A DNA stretch of 64,000 nucleotides, from positions 252,960,001-253,024,000 of the forward strand of contig OZ024743.1 of the NCBI GenBank assembly GCA_964016885.1, read 5' to 3'. The DNA is from Eledone cirrhosa (taxonomy: Eukaryota). Each line of letters opens with the position of its first letter. Position 1 is the first letter of the stretch. Under the pieces are notes generated by a model. It searched no databases, was not told the origin of the DNA, and saw nothing but the letters and a program-made list of their open reading frames with translations. Below, in pieces: positions 12,768-24,385 of this stretch. Made by a program: the position numbers and the translations under genes.

Positions 12768-14849
12768 ATGGCTACGAAAAAGAAATTTCATACGTCACTC
12801 CCACTCATTCCGTCTTCTTCTTCCTCAATCATCACTACAGCAGAGAGAAGATTGTCTCTCTCCCTCCCTTCTTTAAATGTGTCTCTCTCCCTCCCTTCTC
12901 TTTCGCAAGTGACGAAAGAAAAGAAAAGTCTCGTGCAAAGCGTGCAAGGTTTCTCCACGACGACGACGACAGCGACGAAACAGGTGTGCGGGAAATACGA
13001 AAACCCAGTTCATTCGTCTGACGTCAGGAATAATAGCAGTAGCAGCCGTAATAACAACAGCAACAGTGACAATGAAAACAACAGTAGCAGCCGCAACAGC
13101 ATCACCAGCAGCATAAACAACAACAGCATTAGCAGCAGCAACACCAACAACAACCACAGCAACAGCGGCGGAGGCAGTAGTCGTAGTACCTGCAGCAACA
13201 ACAAAAGTACCAGCAGCTCTGACGACAACAACAACAGCAGAGAAAAACCAATCTCATTTGCAGGTATTGCGAAAAACTTGGAAACAATCCTCATAACAAA
13301 TGAGGAATTAGAGGAAGCGAAGAAGATGGTGACAAAGAACGGACACCGAGCAATCTGCAAGGCAGCGGGAAAATTTTTCGAAACCCAAGAGCACTGTACG
13401 GTCACGTACCGTACAGTAAGTACAAAATCCCATAGGGTGGAAAGAGCCACAGAGGCCCAAATACAAAAAGCCTTGGGGTCTGTGTGGCAGCGGAAAACGC
13501 ACATCACCCGAGGCAAAAAATATGCCACCATAGACGTACTTTTTGCCACACCCCAGGAGGCAAAGGCCCAATCAGTAGTGACCCTAAGGAGCGAGGAAAT
13601 GGTGTTGGTGCCCTCCTACTGCGGGCAAAAAATTGTGAGGGTCAAACTGACCCACGTCCCCCCCGGAATGACCCCTTCTTGGCTGGCCGCGTCTGTCCTC
13701 GTCGGAATCGAGGACAAAACAACTGTACTGCAAGTACAGAAAAAAGTAAGAGAAGATTGGGTCGGCTCCTCCATTGAGATGCTAATCCAAACCAACCAGG
13801 AGTGCATCGAAGCTATCCCGGATGTGATAGACTTCGATAACGGCACTCAACTGCCCATAAGTGTTGAGGGCAAACGCCCGAAATGCTTTCGCTGTGGATC
13901 GAAGACTCACCTCAGGGCCTTCTGCAACGAGAAGACCCTGAGAAAGGAGAAAACCCCCCTCCTTCCGAATCCGGCTCCACGGCTACCAGCAACAGGACAA
14001 GCGGCAACCAGGAACGATAGGTCCGTGGCACCCATACCCACGCCACGGAATTCAAAAACAGCAGCAGCAGTGGAAATATTAACAACAACAACAGCAATAC
14101 CAAATGCAGCTGCAACAGAGACTCCAGTGCAAACATCACCAACAACAACAACTGAAAGAGTGGAGCTGGTACCCCTCCCCGACCTCACAGAATCAGACAT
14201 GGAGTGTGAGGTGGGAGAGGGATGGCAAAAGGTCGCAAGAAGGCACAAACGCAGAAGCAGCGCATCGTCGCCTTTGAAAAGGGAGGAAAGAAATGAGAAA
14301 AGGGTAAAGTCTACTGCAAAGAGACCCACAGCAGCAACACCACCAACACCATCACCACCCACACTAGCACCACCATCACCACCGCCAACAACACCTTCAA
14401 CACCACCACCACAAGCACCAACATCGCAAACACAACAACAAAACACACACACCCAGCAACAACGACAAGAAAATAGCAGAACCACACCCCACCCCCAGAA
14501 AAACAAATGCACGGCAATAAATACACACAACAAGAAACTAATGACTTACATAATTGAACACACAGACATTTCACAACAGGACTACATAATACCAGCACCA
14601 ATCAAAACGCCAACTAACATAAGACTGCTAAAAATAGCACAGAAACAATACACAAATATTAAAACGAAATTCCCCAACGCAGTTGGTGATTTCAGGGACC
14701 TAGGAGGAACCATCAATCGAAGAGTATACTCAGACATTCTCTTAGAAGAGCCGACGACCAGCCGAAGGGACGATTCAACGGTCCCTTCACCAGACGATCA
14801 AGTGAAAAGGGATGTAAAAACCATCCCTCCTCTACCAAAAGTACGGTAA
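12768..14849 (+). CDS. Tx1 ORF1p (693 aa): N/S low-complexity N-terminus, central folded region, CCHC zinc knuckle, P/T/Q-rich tail; intact
   Basis: ATG in AAC-ATG-G context at 12768; VEGKRPKCFRCGSKTHLRAFC (CX2CX4HX4C); homologous to ORF1 of B and C. Confidence 0.9.
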   Translation: MATKKKFHTSLPLIPSSSSSIITTAERRLSLSLPSLNVSLSLPSLSQVTKEKKSLVQSVQGFSTTTTTATKQVCGKYENPVHSSDVRNNSSSSRNNNSNSDNENNSSSRNSITSSINNNSISSSNTNNNHSNSGGGSSRSTCSNNKSTSSSDDNNNSREKPISFAGIAKNLETILITNEELEEAKKMVTKNGHRAICKAAGKFFETQEHCTVTYRTVSTKSHRVERATEAQIQKALGSVWQRKTHITRGKKYATIDVLFATPQEAKAQSVVTLRSEEMVLVPSYCGQKIVRVKLTHVPPGMTPSWLAASVLVGIEDKTTVLQVQKKVREDWVGSSIEMLIQTNQECIEAIPDVIDFDNGTQLPISVEGKRPKCFRCGSKTHLRAFCNEKTLRKEKTPLLPNPAPRLPATGQAATRNDRSVAPIPTPRNSKTAAAVEILTTTTAIPNAAATETPVQTSPTTTTERVELVPLPDLTESDMECEVGEGWQKVARRHKRRSSASSPLKREERNEKRVKSTAKRPTAATPPTPSPPTLAPPSPPPTTPSTPPPQAPTSQTQQQNTHTQQQRQENSRTTPHPQKNKCTAINTHNKKLMTYIIEHTDISQQDYIIPAPIKTPTNIRLLKIAQKQYTNIKTKFPNAVGDFRDLGGTINRRVYSDILLEEPTTSRRDDSTVPSPDDQVKRDVKTIPPLPKVR

Positions 14850-14884
14850 GTGGTCTTTCCCATCTTTTCCACTCTATTTTAAAC

Positions 14885-17800
14885 ATGACCTCACTCAGAA
14901 TAGGCAGCATAAATGCGCGTGGCTTGGGATCATCATGGAAGCAGGGTCACCTGCTCAACGACCTCAGGTCACTAAACATAGATGTAGTGGCCATCAGCGA
15001 GACCAGAATCTCCGAAGCACGGGCCTTCGCACCGATCTTCGGCGGCTACGATGTGTACGCATCTCCCAGCCGTCCTGGATCCGGTGGAGGAGTTGCTGTG
15101 CTTTTTCGGAGAGGTTTGGATCTCGCCATACGGGCCATCTTCCTGGACCCAGAGGGTAAGCTGGTGGTGCTGGACGTGACCAGCGGAGACGGGCAAGCTT
15201 TCAGGCTAGTGGCCGTCTATGCCCCGACAGGAGCAGGGCGGCCTGATTTCTTCCGGCGTCTGGAGACCTTTCTTGGAACGTCCCGCTCTTTAGTGTTAGT
15301 GGGCGACTGGAACGGGATCTTAGATGCACGCTGGGACTGTGTGGGATTAGCGGATAGGGGTGGAGGGTGCAAGAGCCTCACCAACCTGCTCAGGCGTTTT
15401 GAACTGTCTGACAGGTACCGATTGGATTTCCCGAATGTGCCAATGTGGACTTGGACAAACCGCATAGGGTCATCCAGATCATATCTAGATAGAGTATTTT
15501 GTAGGGAAATAGATAGGTCTAGCATAGGCTGTCCACAATTCAAGATAGTCAGCTACACGGACCACAAATTCGTGATCTGTGTGCTTGACTTAGATAGGCT
15601 TCATAGACGAGGACCCGGCTACTGGAAGCTAAACGCGTCCTTACCAGCGCGCAAGGACTACAGAGACCGGATTAGCGAACTAGTTAAGCGGGCGTTGACG
15701 GGGGCCATCGTCAACAACAAGTGGTGGTTTGCTCTGAAAAGAGCGATTAGAATAGAATCGATTAGGTTTAGTAAGGCTTTAGCAATAGAGAAAAATAGAG
15801 CAGAGGGAGAACTAGTTAGAAAATTAGACGAGGCGCTTAGCAAAGGCATTGCGACCGACGTGCTTGCGGCGAAATTGGCCCTTGACCAATTCTTCAATGC
15901 AAAGCACGAAGGCTGCGTTGTCAGAGCTAGGGTGCGTGCTCTCAGACACAAGGGGACGAAAGCCGTTCAATGGGCCCGAGTGGCGGAGGCGCGTCGTGGC
16001 AACAAAGCCACGATCCGGTCTTTGGTGGACCACGACGGGCACATGCTACTCGATCCCGGGCAAATGTGTGAAGCTTTTCAGGGACACTTCGCTCAGCTGT
16101 TCGGGGGCAGCGGGGGGGCCGGGTAGAGGGATGGACTTTAGTGTCTACCTCGACGGACTGCCGCGGCTCTCGGCCACTGAGGCGAAGTGTTGCGAAAAGC
16201 CGATAACAACCGCTGAAGTAAGGGAGGCAATGACTGGCTGCACAAGGGGTAAATCGCCTGGTTTGGATGGTCTGCCCTATGAACTTTACGTACAGATGCC
16301 AGACTTGTTCGGAGGCCTCTTGGCGGACGTCTACTGCAACTGGCAACAGAACGGGAGAATTCCCAGTTCTGTGAGCCGAGGAGCGGTGGCACTGCTGAGA
16401 AAGGATCCGAACAAGGGGGATAACATAGAACATTTCCGGCCCATAACTCTGCTAAACACAGAGTTTAAGATTTTGGCCAAGGTGCTAGCAAAGAGGTTGG
16501 CGCTTGTCGTTGGTGGTCTGGTGGGAGAGGCGCAGACATGCGCTATTCCCGACAGATCCATCCACGACAACCTCCACCTCATGCGATACATCGTAGAGAG
16601 GGTAGCTAGGGAACCTGGCACGGGTGGGTCCTTGATCAATTTAGATCAGTCGAAAGCTTTCGATAGGGTCGACCATCGTTACCTAGCGGCAGTCCTGAGG
16701 GCGGCTGGCTTTGGGCCCGTCTTCAGAGGCTGGATCGCTGCCATGCACAGCGACATCTGCTCTGTGGTGAGAGTGAACGGTCACCTGTCGGAACCGTTCA
16801 ACATCATGCGCTCGGTCCGCCAATGATGTCCCCTCTCGTCCCTCTTGTACGTATTGACTCTCGAGCCATTACTGCACAAACTGGAGACGTTGAGGGGAGT
16901 CCCGCGCGAACTAGGATGCGGAAGATCCGTGTCAGCATATGCGGACGATGTCACCGTAGTGGTGTCGAACGCCAAACACATCGAGGCGATCGGCACTACA
17001 CTAAGAGAATACGAAGCGGTGACAGGAGCAATGATCAACCAGGAAAAGTCAGTGGGCCTGCAGCTCGGCACCTGGAGAGGCAGGTCCATGCCGTCCAACA
17101 GCGTCGTCGGACGCTGGACGGACGGACCGGTTAAATTGCTAGGGGTCTGGTTCGGTCCGGACCTCCAGACGGACAAAAACTGGGACGAGGTGACGAGCAG
17201 GGTGGCTTCTCTCACCCAGAAATGGGCGGAGAGGAAGCTATCCCTGAAAGGTCGAGCGGAGGTGGCTAACGCGTACATCGCGTCTGTCATCTGCTACCGC
17301 CTGACCGTCGTACCTTGTCCTAAGCCTCGCCTGACTGCGCTGGAGCGTTTGCTCTTTCGCTTTTTGTGGAAGGGACGTGCTCCGATGGTCAGGCGGTCCA
17401 TCTGTTGTCAACACCCGCTACGTGGAGGGCTGGGAATGCCGTGGCTGATGATGCGCAGGCACGCGCTCAGGCTACGACATCTCCACCTCTTCCTCGACGG
17501 TGATCAGGTGTGGTGGCCGTTTGCTAGGCGCGTATTTCCCCAGCTCGTTTCCTTGACGGAGCTGCAGTCCTGGGTCAAGCGAAGACCGAGAGGGAGCGCC
17601 TGGAGACTGGAATGTCTTCAGGCGCTCACAGCCCTCGACCAATCGGGCAATGTGATCGGTGGAAACTCCACCTCGGCGTTCTATAGAGGATTAGTGGAGG
17701 GGAAGAGCGACGACGTACTTGGGGAAACTCTAGGCGTCGACGAAAATCAACTAGCCAATCTCTTCGGAAGAACTTTCGGGCCGGGGCCTATGGACAACCT

Positions 17801-18305
17801 CCAGAAATCTCTGGCCTGGCAGTGCTACCGAGGAGCCTTGCCAGTTCGGGATAAACTCTACAGGCATGGAGGTGCCGTCAGCCGGGCATGTCCGAGATGC
17901 ACGCAGGGCGACGAAACCGTCCTGCACGCACTCGTCCAGTGTCCGAAAATTGCTGACTTGTGGGTTTATGTCGAACACCTGCTGTCGCGTTTAGGACGGA
18001 TCCGGCTATCATCTGAGTCCATCGTGAGGATTGCCCCGCCCTCCTCCTTTAGCCGGGAAGGGCAGGCAGTTTTTATCTGTCTGGTGGCCATGGCGAAAGA
18101 GATAGTATGGTGGACACGTTTGAAAGGGCTGAAGACGAGCACTTACCTCTTCGGTGATGCTCTGATTGACTTTTTCAAATTTCATTTGAAAAGGAAAATC
18201 AGAGTAGAGAGGGAAGTGTTCTCTTCCCAGCATTTTGTTGAAAGATGGGTGAGAGAAGCAAGAATGGCCCGAGTGAATGGGCCTACTCTGAGTATATATC
18301 TGTAA
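14885..18305 (+). pseudogene. Tx1 ORF2p (APE endonuclease, RT, C-terminal zinc finger) with one frameshift (~16110-16125, G run) and one TGA at 16824-16826
   Basis: IGSINARG, ISETR, GDWN, SYLDR, YTDH; KSPGLDG, FRPITLLN, LDQSKAFDRVDH, VRQ*CPLS, YADD; CPRC...HALVQC. Confidence 0.92.
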
Positions 18306-18797
18306 ATTAAAGGTGGAAAACTGGGAGAGGGCACTTGCCTTGGTGGTCAGGGTCATTGTGGCTTTTTACTGGGCTTTCTCCACAAATGTCCCTCCGAAGT
18401 CTCCCCCCCCTATTGGGGAATTTTTCATTGTTATTTTCATTGTTATTTTTGTTACATCCTCTGTTTTTGTTTTTTACACGCAGAAATGCCCATTTGTACC
18501 GTCCTGCATTGTCCTGCACTGTCCTTAATGTCTACTTTATGTAAACCCTTGTGGTTAATAAAGAAATCATTATTATTATTACTATTATTATTATCGGTCT
18601 GTTCGACACTTTTTGCTCGCTCCCAGTAAGACGCACTTATTTGCCTGCCACAATTATTTGTTGTTAAATATTTCTAGTTGTGTACGGGATATAATCCCCT
18701 AGACTTTGCCCCGTGACGGGGAATGTATTATATGTGGGCCTTTTGGCCCAAATATTTGAACATTTTACTTTTAAAATTATTTGAAAAAAAAAGAAAC

Positions 18798-20759
18798 ATG
18801 GCTGAGCCACGCTCCCCAGCAATATGTCCTATGTCCGCTGTCGAGTGACAACGGCGGCAAAGTTGAGAGGAGGGTTAGTGAAACTCATACAACAGACAAC
18901 ACTGAGAACACTAATTTTGAAAAAATTACCACACCAACTACAACAATAACAGTGTCAACCAAAATACAGACAACAGAAAAACAATGACAACAAAGGCAAC
19001 AACGATATTAACACCACTAACAAGACAATAAACAACGACAACACCAACAGCAACAATACAAATTGCACGGAAAGCAACAACAACGGTGGCAGCAAAAACA
19101 CAACCAACTACAACAGTGATAACAGCAACAACACCAACAACACCGTTTGTAGCAGTAACAACAGCAACAGCACTAACAACAAGACCAGTAATGGCAGCAA
19201 TAATGGTGCCGCTGAAAAAGGGGCCATTTCTTTCGCATGTGTGGCCAGAAATATAGAGACAGTGCTAGTTACGGAGGAAAGAGATGGCAGTCGCAAGAGC
19301 CATGGTGTCGAGAAACGACAATAGAGTTTCCCTGAAACCTCCACCCGATTTCTTCAAAGACCAGCAGCTGCGCACGGTGACTTACCGCACCATAAGCAAA
19401 ATGTCACATCAGGTGGAGAGAGCCACGGAGGCTCAAATCCAAAAGGCCTTGGGGTGCGTCTGGGCGCGAAAACCCACATCACCCGAGGCAAAATGTACGC
19501 CACAGTAGACGTACTTCTCGCCATCCCCCAAGAGGCGAAGTCTCACTCTTTGGAAACCATAGAGAGTGAGGAGATAGTCTTGGTGCCCTCCTACTACGGG
19601 CAGAACAATTTGAGGGTCAAAGTGTCCCAGGTCCCGCCAGACGTGCCCATACCGTGGCTGTCCGCGTCTGTACTGGCTGGAATCGAGGAGAAGACCACCA
19701 TACTGCAAATACAGATAATGGGCAGAGAGAACTGGTCAGGAATAGGCATGCAAATGCTAATACATACTGACCAGGAGTGCATCGAGGCCATCCCAGACAT
19801 CATACATCTCGAAGAAGGGCTCCAACTCCCTATAAGCGTGGGAGGAAGGCGCCCAAAGTGCAATCACTGTGAGCAGAAGGGTCACCTCAGGGCGTTCTGC
19901 CCGCAGAAGACAGCCAAGAAGACCCCCCCCCCACCTTCCGATGCCTGTTACGCTACTACCAAGAACAGGGCAGGAAACAGAAGCAGAAGACCCTTCCATA
20001 GTGAGTAGGAGGACAACGTCCGTGGCACCGATAGCAAGGCCATGGACAACTAAAGCAGCGGCAGCAGTGGCGGCAACACCAACAGTCGCAGTAGCCACAC
20101 CGGCGGCAAAATCGCTGGAGCGGGCTCCACTACCACCACCAACAGAGCTCATACCCCTCCCAGACGCCACGGAATCTGACATGGAGTATGAGGCGGGAGG
20201 GAAGTGGCAAACGGTCTGCCTAAAAAAAAACAAGAGGAAAAACCCCTTAGCTTCACCCTCCAAAAGCGAATGTAGACAAAGAGGGGTAAATGCTGCAAGC
20301 AGACTTGCAGCAACACCATCACCATCACAACCACAAGCATCACCACCAACAACATCCACGCCACCACCACCAAAAACACCAACATCGCAAACAACAAAAC
20401 ACACACACACCCAAAACCAACAACAAGAAAACAGCAACAAAATCACCCCTACCTGCCAAAAGTACACAGCCATAAACATGGCAAATAAAGAACTCATACA
20501 ACATATAAAGCAGCACACAGACATCACAGAAAAAAACTACTACACCCCACCAACACCAAGAACTCTCCCGACAAACATAAGCATCATTGAAATCAAAATA
20601 GAACAGTACAAACTTTTAAAACAAAAATTCAACAACGCAGTTGGAGACACCAGAGGGTCGGTTACCAAGAGGATATACACCGACATCCCCTTGGAAACAC
20701 CCATGTCCAGCCAAAGGGACGGTTCTACTATCCCTTCACCACACGATCAAGGTAAGTGA
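18798..20759 (+). pseudogene. Tx1 family-B ORF1 (frameshifted)
   Basis: Pieces 19284-19508, 19454-20008 (RPKCNHCEQKGHLRAFC) and 19869-20759 align to ORF1 of A. Confidence 0.85.
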
Positions 20760-20791
20760 TCCTTTCTCACTTGCCCCGTTTCTTATCCAAC

Positions 20792-23700
20792 ATGGCCGTA
20801 CATAGAATAGGCAGTATAAATGTACGTGGCCCGGGTCATCTTGTAAGCAGGGTTACCTTCTCAACGACCTGAGGACACTAAACATAGATGTGTTGGCTAT
20901 CAGCGAGACCAGAATCTCCGAAGCACGAGCCTTTGCACCGATCTTCGGTGGCTACCATGTATACGCATCTCCCAGCCGTCCAGGGTCGGGGGGAGGGGTT
21001 GCCGTGCTTTTTCGGATAGGCTTGGATCTCGCCATACGGGCCATCTTCCAGGACCCAGAAGGTAAGTCGGTGGTGCTGGACTTGACCGGCAGCGAAGGCA
21101 ATGCTTTCAGGCTAGTAGCCGTCTACGCCTCAACAGGGGCAGGACGGCCAGATTTCTTCAGACGTCTAGAAACCTTTCTTGCAACGTCCCGCTCTTTAGT
21201 GTTAGTGGGCAACTGGAACGGTATCTTAGATGGACGCTGGGATTATGTGGGGCTAGTAGACAGGGCAGGAGGGTGTAAAAGCCCCAACAACCTGCTCAGA
21301 CGTTTTGAACTGTCTGACAGGTATAGACTGGATTATCCGAATGTGCCAATGTGGACATGGGCAAACCGCATCACGTCATCCAGATCGTATTTAGATAAGG
21401 TATTCAGTAGGGAAACAGATAAGGCTAGTGTAGGTTGTCGACAATTTAAAGTAGTCGACTACATGGACCACAAATTTGTGATCTGTGAAGTTGACTTAGA
21501 TAGACTCCATAGGCAAGGGCCCGGCTACTGGAAGCTGAACGCGTCGTTCCCGGCTCGCAAAGCTTACAGAGACCGGATTAGCGAATTAGTTAAGCGTGCC
21601 TTGACGAATGCGGTCCTCAACAACAGGTGGTGGTTTACCCTGAAAAGGGCTATTAGAGTAGAATCGATAAGGTTTAGCAAAGGAGTATGATAGAGGAAAA
21701 TAGAGTAGAGGGAGAGTTATTTAGAAAGCTAGAAGAGGCGTTTAGGACAGGCATCGCAATCGACGTGCTTGGCACTCGACCAATTCTTCAACGCAAAGCA
21801 TGAAGGCTGCGTTGTCAGAGCTAGAGTGCGTGCTCTAAACACGAGGGGACAAAAGACGTTCAATGGACCCGGGTGGTGGAGGCGTGACGTGGCAACAAGC
21901 CCACAATTCGGTCTTTGCCTAATCAAAACGGGTGCATGTTGCTCGAACACGAGCAGATGTGTGCGGATTTTCAACAGCACTTGGCTCAATTATTCGGGAG
22001 CGGCGGCGGGCCGGATCGGAATATGGACTTCGGTGCATACTTCGATGGACTGCCGTGGCTCTCGCCGACCGCAGCGCAGTGCTGCGAAAAGCCGATAACA
22101 GCAGGTTAAATACGGGAAGCGATGTCTGACTGCACGAGGGGTAAATCGCCAGGTATTGATGGTCTGCCCTACGACCTTTATGCGTATATGCCAGACTTGT
22201 TCGGTGACCTCTTGACAGATGTCTACTGCAACTGGCAGCAGAACGGGAGCATTCCCAGATTTGTGAGCCGGGTAGCGGTGGCGCGGCTGAGAAAAAAACC
22301 GAACAAGGGGGACATTATTGACAAATTCAGGCCCATAACACTGCTAAACGCAGAGTTTAAGATTTTGGCCAAGGTGTTAGCAAAGAGATTGGCGCTTGTC
22401 GTCGATGATCTGGTAGGAGAGGCGCAGACATGCACCATTACGGACAGATCCATCCACGACAACCTCCATGTCATGCTATACATCATAGAGAGGGTGGTTA
22501 AGGAAGATGGCACGGCAGTGGCGCTTATCAAATTGGATCAATCTAAAGCATTTCATAGGGTCGACCATCGGTATCTGGCTGCAGTTTTCGAGGCGGCCGG
22601 CTTCGGGCCCGTTTTTAGGGGCGGGATCGCTGCGATGCACAGCGACATCTGCTCAGTTGTGAGGTTGAATGGTCACCTGTCACAGCCTTTCAGCATCATG
22701 CGCTCGGTCTGCCAGGGATGCCCCCTCTCATCACTCTTGTACGTGCTGGTCTTCGAGCCGTTACTGCACAAATAGGAGGCGATGACGGGGGTACCACGCG
22801 AACTGGGATGCGGGAGATCCGTGTCAGCTTACGCCGACGACGTCACCGTGGTGGTGTTGAGCACCAAACACGCCCAGATGCTCGGCACCGCTGTCAAGGA
22901 ATACGAAGCGATGACAGGAGCAAAGATAAACCAGGAAAAGTCGGTGGGCTTCCAGCTCGGCACTTGGAGAGGCAAGTCCATACCGTCCGACAGAATCTTG
23001 GGGCGCTGGACGGAAGGACCGGTTAAATTGCTCGGGCTCTGGTTCGGTCCGGAACTCCAGATGGAGAAAAACTGGAGCGAAGTGACGAGCAGATTGGTCT
23101 CTCTCACCCAGAAATAGGCCGAGAGGAGGATGTCTCTGAAATCTCGAGCGGAGATGGCGAATGCGTACATAGCGCCCATAGGGATAGCGCTTGGAAGCTG
23201 GAATGTCTCCAAGTGCTCACCGTCCTCTACCAGCTGGGCACTAGTATCGGTGGAACATTGACCTCGTCGTTCTATAAGAGCTAGTGGAGGGAAAGAGCGA
23301 CGGGGTTCTCGTGGAGCCCCTGGGCGTCGAAGACGATCAGCTGTTCGCTCTCTTCAAGAGAAGTTTCAGACCGGAGCCTAAGAACAACTTCCAGAAATCC
23401 TTGGCCTGGCAGTGCTACCGGGGAGCGTTGCCGGTTCGGGATAAGCTCTACAGGCATGGAGGTGTTATCAGCCGAGCCTGTCGGAGATGCGCGCAGAGCG
23501 ACGAAACCTTCCTGCACGCACTGGTTCAGTGCCCGAGGATTGCTGACTTGTGGAGCTATGTTGAACAGCTGCTGTCGCGTGTAGGACGGATCCGGTTATC
23601 GAGTGAATCCATTGTGCAGATATACCCGACATCCTCCTTTAAAGAGCAGGAAGGGCAGGCAGTCTTCATCTGCCTGGTGGCCGTGCCGAAAGAGATTGTG

Positions 23701-23897
23701 TAGTGGACAAGGTTGAAAGGGTTGAAGACGGACACTTTCTTCTCCGGCCAATCCCTGATTAACTTTTTCAAGTTTCACTTGAAGAGGAAAAATCAGGGTG
23801 GAGGGGCAAATGCTGTCTTCTAGTAATTGTTGAAAGGTGGGTGAATGTAGCGAGGCTGATCCGAGTGAACGGGCCCGCTCTGAGTATGCGCCTGTAG
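20792..23897 (+). pseudogene. Tx1 family-B ORF2 (multiple stops, frameshifts, deletion)
   Basis: EN 20890-21690, RT 22122-23117 (QGCPLS, YADD), zinc finger 23284-23703. Confidence 0.88.
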
Positions 23898-24385
23898 ACT
23901 GAGGAGTGGGAAAACAGAGAGAGGGCGCTTGCTCTGGTAGTCTGGTTGGCTGTGGCCTTTTTGTGTGGTTTTTGCCACGAGTGATCCTCGGAGGTTTCCC
24001 CCTATTTGGGGAATTTTTGTTGTTTGAATTTTTTTGATTTTTAGCCCAATTTTATTATCACCTGTTTACACGACCAAAACCCACTTTTGTATCGTCCTGT
24101 ACTGTTCTGTGCCGTCTCTAATGTTTTTCTTCGTGTTAGCCCTTGTAAGAAACCATTATTATTATTATTATTATTGACGAAAGTGGATGTACGTTTTTTG
24201 AAGCTCCGTGAGTAAGCAATTTTTTGAGGATTAATTGTGGAGAATTGTTTATTTTTTTGTACCGCTGAAGCATTATAAGACATTCATTTGTATCCTGTGA
24301 AGGAATAACTCATAATATTTGGGCCTTTTGGCCCAAATATTTGAACTTTATTTTGGAAAAATAATAATTCTTTTCTCAAAAAAAC

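Larger units (their letters stand above)
12552..18568 (+). mobile_element. Full-length Tx1/L1-clade non-LTR retrotransposon, family A
   Basis: 5'UTR, ORF1, ORF2 and 3'UTR with AATAAA 18557-18562; (ATT)n on both sides. Confidence 0.95.
18595..24154 (+). mobile_element. Near-full-length Tx1 element, family B (most decayed; internal ORF2 deletion near 23178)
   Basis: ORF1 and ORF2 homology to A in several frames; flanked by (ATT)n at 18569-18594 and 24155-24175. Confidence 0.92.

Noticed and set aside
18465-18544. Strong acceptor TTTTTTACACGCAG in the family-A 3'UTR that would splice out all of ORF2 and add NAHLYRPALSCTVLNVYFM to ORF1
   Set aside because: The AG is absent at the homologous position in B and there is no AG after the U-tract in C; not supported as a general mechanism, though testable for A
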